From a virus (taxonomy: Duplodnaviria; Caudoviricetes), in the IMG/VR virus record IMGVR_UViG_3300029216_000023, positions 1-36,945 of that record: DNA of 36,945 nucleotides; one strand, written 5' to 3'. Each line of letters begins with the position of its first letter. Position 1 is the stretch's first letter. Under the pieces are notes generated by a model. It saw only the letters and a program-made list of their open reading frames with translations. It ran no database searches and was not told the DNA's origin. A program made the position numbers and the translations under genes. This document shows positions 18,102 to 25,894 of this stretch, piece after piece.

Positions 18102-19564
18102 TACCAGGCTCCTTTTTTTGCAAAGCGGCGTTTGCCTGCAGATTCATATTCGGGTTTACCGCCACCTTCCTGGCCGGTGGCATGCCAGGCCATAGCTCCT
18201 GCAATCCCGGAATCACCATGGCGTTGCTTTTTGTTTTTGGAATTTGTTTTGCCATCCGGCAGCTTGGCTACACCCTTGATCACCTTGAATGCCCGATGGT
18301 CTTCTATGATGTCCGCGTCAAGTGGCAACAGAATCGTTTTATCTTCAAACGCTGCTTTATATTTGGGCATGTTTTCCCGGTACCATTTTTCGGATAGCAT
18401 GACTTCCGAGATCCGGTTCTCACCATATTTTTGCGCTGCCACCTCTGCGAGATACTGACCGTTTCCTCTGGCATCAAAAGAGCCATGAGAAAAGCGGGGC
18501 AGGCGATCTATGATATAAAAGACAATCTGTTCCTGCTGTTTGAATGGGATATTGCGCAGCTCCAAAACAAACGGTGCTTTAAACGTTGCGCTCTGGGTCT
18601 CCTGCAGGGGGACAATCACCGAGAGATCGCCTGTCCGCCCAAAATCTTCCCCGAGATAGGACTGTCGATCTGGATCAAGCGTTTCAAGCAAGGGAAGGAG
18701 GGTATCCTCACACCAGGCTTCTACTTCTGAGTGTCTGATATCCTCATCGAGATATTTAAAATCATCTGTCTGCGCATAGCGGATCACCGGGAGCTCATCA
18801 CTCATACAGTTTTCAACCAGCACCCGCGTCAGGAATGCGCCTGATCCCTGGGAAGGAATACAGAAAAGCTCTTCATCTGCACCGTCGCCGTAAGAGTCAA
18901 TAAGATCCTGACGCCAGATATCCTGGCCTTCCTGAGTCCATACCCTGTCAAGCTTCAGACAGATCCGTTGATAAAATCCCTGTTCTAGTGCATCATCCAA
19001 CGTCACGCGGTGCAGGGAGTATGGTTTTCGGCCTGCCCTGATATCCTTGATCAACTCATTAAACGGGTTTTCTTCGCCGTCATGGGTTGAGATAATGCGT
19101 ACCTCACCACCCCAGATTAAAAGGGCGATTGCGGCCTTTATAAGTGCTTTTAAATCATCGTGAAAAGCGGCTTCATCTATTACCACCCGCCCCTGTTTGC
19201 CACGAAGGTTTGAGGGCCTTGAGGAGAGTGCCACAATCTTATGTCCTGAAGAAAATCGAATACGAAAAGTAAGAATGTCTTTGTCCTTATCTTTCAGGAT
19301 TTCTTCTTCAACAGCACTAGCTGCATCATCATAGAGCAACGCCCACTTGGCACAATCATTGATAAATTCCTCGGCCATCTCTTTGTTGTAGCCGATATAC
19401 CAAACGTCCGATCCAGCAGCTTCAGAAGCAAAAAGGGTGTCATCACCAGCTTCTGACCAGGACAATCCAATGCGCCTTGATTTTTCAATCACTTTGACCT
19501 GGGACTTATCATCGGCCCATTCCTGCTGGTAAGACAGAAAGACGTGTGGCGTTTCTTGAGTCAT
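18101..19564 (-). CDS. Terminase large subunit, Mu gp28-like
   Basis: EKSRRIGLS Walker A-like, VVIDEAAFH Walker B, LGEDFGRTGD and HGDSG nuclease motifs. Confidence 0.93.
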   Translation of the reverse strand: MTQETPHVFLSYQQEWADDKSQVKVIEKSRRIGLSWSEAGDDTLFASEAAGSDVWYIGYNKEMAEEFINDCAKWALLYDDAASAVEEEILKDKDKDILTFRIRFSSGHKIVALSSRPSNLRGKQGRVVIDEAAFHDDLKALIKAAIALLIWGGEVRIISTHDGEENPFNELIKDIRAGRKPYSLHRVTLDDALEQGFYQRICLKLDRVWTQEGQDIWRQDLIDSYGDGADEELFCIPSQGSGAFLTRVLVENCMSDELPVIRYAQTDDFKYLDEDIRHSEVEAWCEDTLLPLLETLDPDRQSYLGEDFGRTGDLSVIVPLQETQSATFKAPFVLELRNIPFKQQEQIVFYIIDRLPRFSHGSFDARGNGQYLAEVAAQKYGENRISEVMLSEKWYRENMPKYKAAFEDKTILLPLDADIIEDHRAFKVIKGVAKLPDGKTNSKNKKQRHGDSGIAGAMAWHATGQEGGGKPEYESAGKRRFAKKGAW

Positions 19565-19998
19565 GCACCAATTCCTAATATTTGACGTCTGATTTCATTG
19601 GCTGTATCACTGGTAATGCCAGCTTTTTTCACTTCCTTGACAACATCATCAGCAACACGCTGCGCCTTCTCCATTTTGTCCCATCGCTCCAGGAGGGCGC
19701 CCATTTTGGAGAGGGCATCCATGAGGGATGATGTTATTTTACTCGGATGCAATTCTTCCATGTATGATAGCTGGCCTTCAAACAGATCTCGCAGGCGCTG
19801 GATGTTGCCGCGCTTTTGTGTCCGGGCTCTATCCCATTCATCCATCGGCTGTTTCGGATCGTGGCTATCGTCTTTCCAACGGCTGAGGCTTGTAACAGAC
19901 ACCCCTAGCTGATCGCTGATTGAAGACAGATTGTGGCCTTCAGCGTAAAGCCGTTGTGCCTGCGGTGCCAGAATCGATTTGTCGCCTTTGTTAGCCAA
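19561..19998 (-). CDS. Terminase small subunit (DUF1804-like HTH)
   Basis: HTH ISDQLGVSVTSLSRWK, ends IRRQILGIGA; upstream of TerL; GGAGG RBS favours TTG at 19998 (ATG at 20004 possible). Confidence 0.75.
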   Translation of the reverse strand: MANKGDKSILAPQAQRLYAEGHNLSSISDQLGVSVTSLSRWKDDSHDPKQPMDEWDRARTQKRGNIQRLRDLFEGQLSYMEELHPSKITSSLMDALSKMGALLERWDKMEKAQRVADDVVKEVKKAGITSDTANEIRRQILGIGA

Positions 19999-20236
19999 GT
20001 GCATCCTCCAACTCTTCTATCTGCATTTGCAGCTTGAGGAGCCCTGCCTGCGCCATCACCAGCTGATCCATTTTTACTGATGCTTTTGCGATATCCATAT
20101 TTTCAATGGACAGTAAAAGAGGATTTAAAAGAGGGCTGATTTGCCGGCACAACACCTTTGCTTCCTGTTGTAAAGCCGCCTGTTTTTGCTTTTTCTCACC
20201 CAGGCCTACTTTCATGTTTGCGATATCTGTATTCAA
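19991..20236 (-). CDS. Hypothetical coiled-coil protein
   Basis: 81 aa ORF with RBS, tightly packed in the late operon. Confidence 0.65.
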   Translation of the reverse strand: MNTDIANMKVGLGEKKQKQAALQQEAKVLCRQISPLLNPLLLSIENMDIAKASVKMDQLVMAQAGLLKLQMQIEELEDALG

Positions 20237-20239
20237 ATT

Positions 20240-20590
20240 TTATCCTCTTCGCTCCAGGGCGACAAAGTGCTGATTATCAATACGGGCAACGAGCTTTGTC
20301 ATTGCCTCCGTGTTCAGGTGTATTACCATCATTAATTCGTTAGCCAACTTGAGGTAGTTTTCAGCAAGTACGGCGTTGTTCTCGTACATCCGTACCACCG
20401 CCTCAAAACGTCTGTTATCGGCATCCGCCTGGGACTTTATTTCATCCCGGAGATCTTTATTTGTTTTGGTTATCAACAACACCATGCCAACAGGCCCGAC
20501 AATAATGAGCAGGGCCACCACTCCAAAATCCCAGCCACTTAAGCTGCTGAGCAAGGTGGCAAGCGTACCGAAGGTTGACACTGTTTCCAT
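20240..20590 (-). CDS. Membrane protein (one TM segment plus coiled coil), possible lysis accessory
   Basis: Hydrophobic FGVVALLIIVGPVGMVLLI; RBS GGAG. Confidence 0.6.
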   Translation of the reverse strand: METVSTFGTLATLLSSLSGWDFGVVALLIIVGPVGMVLLITKTNKDLRDEIKSQADADNRRFEAVVRMYENNAVLAENYLKLANELMMVIHLNTEAMTKLVARIDNQHFVALERRG

Positions 20591-20806
20591 TTATCTCCGC
20601 CTCAGGGTTTCTATTTCTTCTGCACATTCCACACAGCGCTCACATCCCGGGACCGCAATCCGTCGCGCTTCCGGGATGTCGCACTCACAATCCAGACAAC
20701 GTTTCCTGGAGATCCCCTGGCGTTTGCCGAACTTTTCGGCCTGGACAGCCAGGGCCTGTTCCAGAAAGTTACTGTCTGCGACTTGAGCGCGATCCAAAAT
20801 ATCCAT
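20591..20806 (-). CDS. TraR/DksA-type C4 zinc-finger protein
   Basis: MDILDRAQ...CLDCECDIPEARRIAVPGCERCVEC. Confidence 0.9.
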   Translation of the reverse strand: MDILDRAQVADSNFLEQALAVQAEKFGKRQGISRKRCLDCECDIPEARRIAVPGCERCVECAEEIETLRRR

Positions 20807-20816
20807 GAGTGGCTGC

Positions 20817-20981
20817 TTAGTTTCCCGATTTCTCGATCTTATGACCGATACCAACGAGCGCCAGCGCTGCAACTAGCTGCTGGATGCCTCCAGGGACATC
20901 ACCATTTGCAATGGCAACTACACCAAGTGCACCCATACCAGCTGCTGCAACATAAGTTTTCCATCCGTTTATCTTCGCCAT
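20817..20981 (-). CDS. Small holin-like membrane protein
   Basis: 54 aa, INGWKTY then two hydrophobic segments, next to the endolysin; RBS GGGAG. Confidence 0.6.
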   Translation of the reverse strand: MAKINGWKTYVAAAGMGALGVVAIANGDVPGGIQQLVAALALVGIGHKIEKSGN

Positions 20982-21044
20982 GATAATTCTCCCGTTAAAA
21001 TTGAGTTTAAATCTTGTTTTTGAGACCAATTGGTGTCGTTCTTC

Positions 21045-21533
21045 TCAAATCATTTTTTGCCTGATATCAAGTATCCGCTCCACATACTGGATGGTTTCCA
21101 TGGCATGTTTCCCGGTCACCTGCGGCAGTGCATCGGCAATGTCGTCCCAGATATATGATAGCTTCGCCCGTCCCTGGGCTTTGATGATGTTGCCAGCACC
21201 GGCGTTATAAGCACCGAACATGAAGCAAAGTCGTTCCAGCCCCTGCTCTTTTTTAAAAATGGTCCACATCTTTCTGGCATAGTGGATGCCCATCAATATA
21301 TTAATTTTCGGATCAAGCGGATCATCTGCAATCCACAATTCTCTGGCAACCTGGGCACTGGTGGGTGGCATAAGTTGCATAATGCCCATAGCACCAACAG
21401 GGCTTACTGCCCTCGGATTAAGACTTGACTCGGCAATCCCCATGGCCTTAAACCACTGCCAGGAGACTTCACCGCCGAAGTAGATATCAGCGTATATTTT
21501 AAAATGCTGGTCGTATTTAGTGACCTGGGGCAT
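21045..21533 (-). CDS. Endolysin, SLT-family lytic transglycosylase
   Basis: AESSLNPRAVSPVGAMGIMQLMP, AYNAG, ETIQYV motifs. Confidence 0.92.
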   Translation of the reverse strand: MPQVTKYDQHFKIYADIYFGGEVSWQWFKAMGIAESSLNPRAVSPVGAMGIMQLMPPTSAQVARELWIADDPLDPKINILMGIHYARKMWTIFKKEQGLERLCFMFGAYNAGAGNIIKAQGRAKLSYIWDDIADALPQVTGKHAMETIQYVERILDIRQKMI

Positions 21534-21578
21534 GGCCCTCTCCAGATAAACGTAGTTTTCTGATGTTCAACCCCGGGC

Positions 21579-21616
21579 AACCGGGACAGGCCTGAAAATA
21601 ATGACCTGTCCCGGTT
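21579..21616. other. 12-bp-stem hairpin in the late-transcript leader
   Basis: AACCGGGACAGG(21579-21590)/CCTGTCCCGGTT(21605-21616). Confidence 0.6.
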
Positions 21617-21648
21617 TAGAGAGGAAGAAGATGATGTGTATGGAAAGA

Positions 21649-21692
21649 GTTATATGGGGTTTTTAGTAAAGGGCCATCGTGCAGGGGTGCAC
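21649..21692 (-). promoter_or_regulatory. Putative Mor/C-dependent late promoter
   Basis: -10 TATAAC (21654-21649), no -35 consensus, dyad GTGCA-N4-TGCAC (21679-21692) at about -37 to -50, the position of Mu Mor/C sites. Confidence 0.55.
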
Positions 21693-21715
21693 TATTTTAT
21701 GGCAAGGGGGGAACA

Positions 21716-21836
21716 GCGGTTTAAGGTATGCGGTGTGCGGTGTGCGGTGTGCGGAAGGGCAGGTAAGCGAAGACTCCGAAAAACAGGTCTTTCAGTCTTT
21801 TCCTCATACCGCACACCGCATACCGCGGTTTAAGGT
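21716..21836. repeat. Heptamer-hairpin intergenic element F
   Basis: (GCGGTGT)n arm, core, (ACCGCAY)n arm; flanked by 12-bp direct repeat GCGGTTTAAGGT (21716-21727, 21825-21836). Confidence 0.85.
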
Positions 21837-21838
21837 GG

Positions 21839-22066
21839 TTATAGCCTCTCTATCGCCAGGGAAATGGAGTTTTCAATACCGCACAGGATCATGTGCAGGC
21901 CAGTGCTGCCATCATCGGAAAGCCCGGCGTTTCCGTTGGCATCGGTAAATGCCGGAGACACCTCCCGCAGAAAGCGGGTGACAAAGAGTGTGCCGTCCAG
22001 AATATCCGCCGCGTTGCCTGAGTCGCAATAGGAAAACTGGGTTATTACCGGTGTTTTATCACTCAT
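21839..22066 (-). CDS. Hypothetical protein
   Basis: 75 aa with RBS AAGGAG. Confidence 0.65.
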   Translation of the reverse strand: MSDKTPVITQFSYCDSGNAADILDGTLFVTRFLREVSPAFTDANGNAGLSDDGSTGLHMILCGIENSISLAIERL

Positions 22067-22118
22067 TAGCTTGCTCCTTCAGGGTACGAAGACGGCCACA
22101 TGAATCCTTTGGTGGCCA

Positions 22119-22421
22119 TTAATTTGCCTCATTGTTCATCATATCAACAATATCTTCCATCTGAATATATTCCAGCAGACCGGCAGCTACTACACGGTGA
22201 GCCTTAAGATCTTCACTTGCAAAGACCACACGAAATTCTTTTTCCTGCTTATACCCCCGTTTTTTTGCGGTACTGAGCAACTCACCAATTAATAAACCTG
22301 ACTTCCGCATAGCCTTCGGCTCATCAAAGCTATGGAAAGCTGTATTGGCGATAAGGAGCAAAGTTCCCATAACATTACACAGATACATTCCGTCTTTTTC
22401 GACAAAGTCTGGATGGCTCAT
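22119..22421 (-). CDS. Hypothetical protein
   Basis: 100 aa, ATGA-coupled to the antirepressor stop. Confidence 0.65.
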   Translation of the reverse strand: MSHPDFVEKDGMYLCNVMGTLLLIANTAFHSFDEPKAMRKSGLLIGELLSTAKKRGYKQEKEFRVVFASEDLKAHRVVAAGLLEYIQMEDIVDMMNNEAN

Positions 22422-23077
22422 GCGTGCCCTCCTGCGAAGGGCAATGTCATCTGGCCGCTGTTCTCCAGGACTATTCGGGCACGCTCTACTTTAGTGTGTT
22501 TTTTAACTGTGGACTTTGATCGGTCATACTTCTTTGCCACCTGGGCGGTTGTCATACCTGCGAGGATATCCTGTTTCATACCAGCTGAATCCTCATCACT
22601 TACCGGAATGGCGCACATTTTGCCCCGGCCTTCATGGTAATATTTCAGGAGATGGTGATGATCTACGGTTTTGACCATGGTGTACAGGGCAGGTCTTCCT
22701 TCTTGGTTTACCTGAAACATCTCCTCAAATGCGGAAAAGGCTCGCATTATCTGGATGGCACGTTCGTCTGCCACGTCACCCTGCAAAACGGCTGAAAGCA
22801 TGTTGAAACCGTTGCGGGAAAAACCGTATGGAAGCGCTCCGCCAAGGTATGTCATAGACCCTTCAGATTGAAGGGTCTTAGCCTCCTCTTCTGTGAGCTG
22901 AAAAACGAAATCTTCGGGGAACTTTTTCAGGTTCCTGCGATACGCTTGCAGGACTCTTTCACTGTCAGTCTCATAGAGATCGGCAAGCTGTTTGGTCACC
23001 ATAAACGGCGGACGACCAGGAAGGGTGAGAATTGCGGACTGAATGTTCTGGACTGTTACTTCGTGTTGCTTCTTCAT
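22418..23077 (-). CDS. Antirepressor-like protein, ORF6N domain with C-terminal HTH
   Basis: LADLYET...QAYRRNLKKFPEDFVFQLT...LPYGFSRNGFNMLSAVL; RBS CAGGAG before the ATG at 23077. Confidence 0.85.
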   Translation of the reverse strand: MKKQHEVTVQNIQSAILTLPGRPPFMVTKQLADLYETDSERVLQAYRRNLKKFPEDFVFQLTEEEAKTLQSEGSMTYLGGALPYGFSRNGFNMLSAVLQGDVADERAIQIMRAFSAFEEMFQVNQEGRPALYTMVKTVDHHHLLKYYHEGRGKMCAIPVSDEDSAGMKQDILAGMTTAQVAKKYDRSKSTVKKHTKVERARIVLENSGQMTLPFAGGHA

Positions 23078-23137
23078 GGTAAATCTCCTGATAGGAATTA
23101 AGAAATAATCCCCGCCCAGCGCTCTCAAACGCAAAAT

Positions 23138-23215
23138 GGACGTGGAACTGTGCGGGTTGAGAGACCGGATACCAGGAACCGGCGAGCCCGAAGGCCCCCC
23201 ACACAGCCCACGCCC
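23138..23215 (-). ncRNA. C4/CI-like antisense RNA (P1 c4 / P4 CI type)
   Basis: Outer stem GGGCGUGGGCUGUGUGGG/CCCGCACAGUUCCACGUCC, UUCG hairpin; internal CUCUCAA and CCUGGUAUCCGG complementary to sites at 23121-23130, 23301-23310 and 23288-23300. Confidence 0.7.
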
Positions 23216-23341
23216 AAAGGAGTTTGCTGCGCTAAGTGTGGACGTAAAAAAACCACCAGACATAAAATATGGTGGCGGTTGCGTCCGCCTGGTATTCCGG
23301 GCTCTCAAACCCGAACAAGCGATATTTTCGCTTGCAGGGGT

Positions 23342-23371
23342 AGGATAGCCTGATATGGCGGATTGTGTCAA
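23342..23371 (-). promoter_or_regulatory. Sigma70-type promoter of the antisense RNA/antirepressor unit
   Basis: TTGACA-18 bp-TATCCT on the - strand. Confidence 0.6.
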
Positions 23372-23485
23372 CATTTTCTTTTTTTAACCGTTTGTACTGT
23401 TTGACAAATAAGTTATGGTAAACTTCCAGAAAGGCTTATCGAAAGGCCTTCAGATTGAAACCCTTTTTGCGACACTGACGACCCT

Positions 23486-23682
23486 TCAATATGCCTCTTT
23501 CCAGGCCATTGCTTCGCGGCCGGTAAATCCCATACCCAGGAGACTAAAACCTTTGCGGGTCATTTTGTACATGGTCCGCATTTGGCCTTGTTTATCCGCG
23601 TAGGACCCGAGTCCAAAATTGGACTCGCGAAATTCTGTAGAGCAGCCAAGATGTTTAATGTCACGAAGAACATGTGCGAAAC
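23486..23682 (-). pseudogene. Rha-family regulatory protein fragment
   Basis: HVLRDI...NFGLGSY.DKQG..R.MY.MTRKGFSLLGMGFTG..A..WKEAY; lacks N-terminus (begins at the repeat) and stops early. Confidence 0.8.
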
Positions 23683-23713
23683 AAACAAAAAAGGGACAGC
23701 CCCCATTAGTTCC
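23683..23713. repeat. 31-bp direct repeat, copy 1
   Basis: AAACAAAAAAGGGACAGCCCCCATTAGTTCC. Confidence 0.9.
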
Positions 23714-23924
23714 CTGAGACAATATTCATCTCCCGACTTTGACCACCTGACCTGAGTTTTAGTAAGGTCAGCTCATCGTCATCAAGACCCTCAATAGCAC
23801 GAGTGGGGTTGTCGAGTTCAAGAATGTCGCAGGCATCTTTAGCCACGAACCAGGGCTCCCCTTGTTCGTCTCTTATGGTGCGTACTTCCTGCTCATTGAA
23901 TTGAAAAATGGTTACTTCGTTCAT
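23706..23924 (-). pseudogene. BRO-N antirepressor, truncated
   Basis: FQFNEQEVRTI..EQGEPWFVAKDACDILEL...REMNIVS, cut just before the expected ESGLY motif by repeat copy 1; intact RBS AGGAG. Confidence 0.85.
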
Positions 23925-23943
23925 AGTGAATCTCCTAGAAAGA

Positions 23944-23974
23944 AAACAAAAAAGGGACAGACCCCATTAGTTCC
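23944..23974. repeat. 31-bp direct repeat, copy 2
   Basis: AAACAAAAAAGGGACAGACCCCATTAGTTCC (1 mismatch to copy 1). Confidence 0.9.
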
Positions 23975-24024
23975 TCTATAGCTGAACGGAAACAGCCCCT
24001 TCCGCTGAGTGTCAACGTTCTCAG

Positions 24025-24387
24025 TCAATTAAATTTTATAATGATTGTTGGTGCTGGCATACCCGGTGTTATGGCTGCTATATATTCAAACGGGTACCAA
24101 TCCGACAACGCTCCGTCTCTGTCTGCATTGTATGCACACAATGCGTAAAAGCTGCGCCCCGGCTCAACCGGAATAATGCTATTTCCATCCCTGGTGTCGA
24201 TCCCTTCAAATGTTGCAACCAGCCGGACAGATTCATCGAGTGATTTTTGATACAGCCTAAAGCCAAGCTCAGCAAGATCACCATTTCCGTTATACGCCCA
24301 TTCTATGTGTATATCTGTTTCTGCGGCGACCACAGACGAACAGAAAAAACCAAGTACCAAAAAAACAGTTAATAGTATTCTTTTCAT
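24025..24387 (-). CDS. Secreted/periplasmic beta-rich protein (fibronectin-III-like), accessory
   Basis: Signal peptide MKRILLTVFLVLGFFCSSVVA; IEW...DLAELGFRLY...YALCAYN pattern; RBS GAGGA. Confidence 0.7.
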   Translation of the reverse strand: MKRILLTVFLVLGFFCSSVVAAETDIHIEWAYNGNGDLAELGFRLYQKSLDESVRLVATFEGIDTRDGNSIIPVEPGRSFYALCAYNADRDGALSDWYPFEYIAAITPGMPAPTIIIKFN

Positions 24388-24446
24388 GTTCTGATCCTCA
24401 ATAAAAGATAAATACCAGGCTACAATCGTTCAAAAGCAAAACGTCA

Positions 24447-24572
24447 TCAACGAGACATAAACTTTTCCGACAGAATGAAAGGGAGTATAATTATAAAAAA
24501 AACAACCATAAATACCAAAACAAATACCGCTCCCACCGTATCCGCTGTATATTTTGCAATCTTCTTTCTCAA
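24447..24572 (-). CDS. 41-aa single-TM peptide (not in the ORF track)
   Basis: GGAG RBS 7 nt before TTG; MRKKIAKYTADTVGAVFVLVFMVVFFIIILPFILSEKFMSR. Confidence 0.5.
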   Translation of the reverse strand: MRKKIAKYTADTVGAVFVLVFMVVFFIIILPFILSEKFMSR

Positions 24573-24595
24573 GTGTTTGCTCCAATATTAAAATG

Positions 24596-24626
24596 GAATA
24601 AAAAAAGGACAAACCCCATTAGTTCC
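24596..24626. repeat. 31-bp direct repeat, copy 3 (degenerate)
   Basis: GAATAAAAAAAGGACAAACCCCATTAGTTCC. Confidence 0.85.
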
Positions 24627-24632
24627 TGATTC

Positions 24633-24770
24633 TCAAAACCCTAAGACACGCTCCCACACCACCCGGTTGCGCAGTACACAAATCCGCTGTTTCAGGTTTT
24701 TAATCTTCCGGCCCTGTTTTAATACCTGTTTCTCCAGTCGTTTTAAGCGCTGTCTCTCGTTTTTAGTCAT
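24633..24770 (-). CDS. 45-aa basic coiled-coil peptide (not in the ORF track)
   Basis: AAGGAG RBS; MTKNERQRLKRLEKQVLKQGRKIKNLKQRICVLRNRVVWERVLGF. Confidence 0.55.
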   Translation of the reverse strand: MTKNERQRLKRLEKQVLKQGRKIKNLKQRICVLRNRVVWERVLGF

Positions 24771-24787
24771 AGCAAGCTCCTTTTGAG

Positions 24788-25132
24788 TTAAAACAATTTC
24801 ATCTGCCGATCATCCACCGGCTCAGTACCCAGGATATCCCAGACCCTCCGTACACCAAGCTCTGCGGCTCGGGCAATCTCAGGGGCTGTTACACCATTTT
24901 CATATTGCTCAACTATCCACCTATCCCGCACCCCGCGCTCCAAGGCGTCGGTATTGTGAAACAGGATATAAGTACCTCGATTTTCTGCTGCAATAGCCAG
25001 TGTGATTTGCACTCCCTTTCCCGGTACCATTCTTTCTATAATTCTGGCCACGGCCGGGAGATCCCCAGGCAATTCATCGATTGTTGGATTCAGATTCGCC
25101 AGCAGCTGTGCAAGCTCTTCTTTTTTAGTCAA
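24788..25132 (-). CDS. mor: Mor/C-family transcription activator
   Basis: ELPGDL...RGTYILF...RDRWIVEQY.NG.TAPEIARAAELGVRRVWDIL; follows gemA. Confidence 0.85.
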   Translation of the reverse strand: MTKKEELAQLLANLNPTIDELPGDLPAVARIIERMVPGKGVQITLAIAAENRGTYILFHNTDALERGVRDRWIVEQYENGVTAPEIARAAELGVRRVWDILGTEPVDDRQMKLF

Positions 25133-25613
25133 GATCGATCTCCGACGAACAGGGATGTTCTAGTGCCGCGGGTGCCATGGATGGCGCAGGAGCGGCCTCA
25201 CGTTCCCCCCAACGTTTTAATGCTTCTATGATGATACGGAGTTCATTTTTATCACACCAGCGCAGGTTATCTTTGCCGGTCATGCGTTTCACATACTTCT
25301 GCATGGCGTAGTTTGCCGGATTCTTCACAATTTTTGCATCAGCCATGGTGATCCAGAGAGCAACGACCTTGCGCATCATAGGATCTTCATATATCGGGCT
25401 GGTTTTACTTCTTTTGGAGCTGTTTCTTGCTCTCTTTGGTTTCCAGCCCAGAGTTTTAAAATGGAGCAGGAGATCCGTGGTTTGCTGTCTGCTGAGATCT
25501 TTACTTGTTTCAAGGCCGTAACGGTCAGCAATAAGGGCGTATTTGTCGATCGCTAAAGATTTACAGGCAATATTGATTTTTGCGTATTCGGCGTTAGTTG
25601 GTGCCATTGTCAA
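25125..25613 (-). CDS. gemA: GemA / Mu gp16 family (DUF1018)
   Basis: AKINIACKSL.ID, SKDLS, HFKTLGWKP, KVVALW, IIEALKRW. Confidence 0.88.
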   Translation of the reverse strand: MTMAPTNAEYAKINIACKSLAIDKYALIADRYGLETSKDLSRQQTTDLLLHFKTLGWKPKRARNSSKRSKTSPIYEDPMMRKVVALWITMADAKIVKNPANYAMQKYVKRMTGKDNLRWCDKNELRIIIEALKRWGEREAAPAPSMAPAALEHPCSSEIDLD

Positions 25614-25894
25614 TCCTCCAGCCCGTTATAAATCTGAGCTTTTCTATTGGCTAACAAAACAAGTTGATTGCTCTTTTTTGCAAGAGCCTGGTAGGCCTTC
25701 CTGGATAATTTCTTGTTTTTCAACTTAACTTTGATAGCTTCCAGTTGTTTTTCAATTGATAATAGTTGTGACGCCAGGTCGTGCTTATAAAGCTTGAGAA
25801 TCAGGCTGTCCGGGACAATTTTACTTTCTCTTATTGCGTCAACAATATCGACTAATGCGCTTTTTGAGAGTTCACTGCTTTCAATCTTTTTCAT
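25610..25894 (-). CDS. Hypothetical protein
   Basis: 94 aa, overlaps both neighbours in the early operon. Confidence 0.65.
   Translation of the reverse strand: MKKIESSELSKSALVDIVDAIRESKIVPDSLILKLYKHDLASQLLSIEKQLEAIKVKLKNKKLSRKAYQALAKKSNQLVLLANRKAQIYNGLED

Noticed and set aside
9789-21836. Repeats as a CRISPR or other guide array
   Set aside because: Copies are dispersed between genes, vary in length and orientation, lack unique regular spacers, and no cas-like gene is present
23138-23215. tRNA gene
   Set aside because: Branched fold but no T-loop/D-loop consensus or CCA; better explained as a C4/CI-like RNA
23078-23374. N-terminal 99 aa of ORF 22418-23374 as part of the antirepressor
   Set aside because: It starts at the promoter's -35 region and spans the antisense RNA; a strong RBS precedes the ATG at 23077
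24430-24612. 60-aa ORF starting inside repeat copy 3
   Set aside because: No RBS; the alternative frame 24447-24572 has an RBS and a clean TM segment
23683-24626. 31-bp repeats as a mini-CRISPR
   Set aside because: The intervening sequences are 230 and 621 bp and contain genes, far longer than spacers
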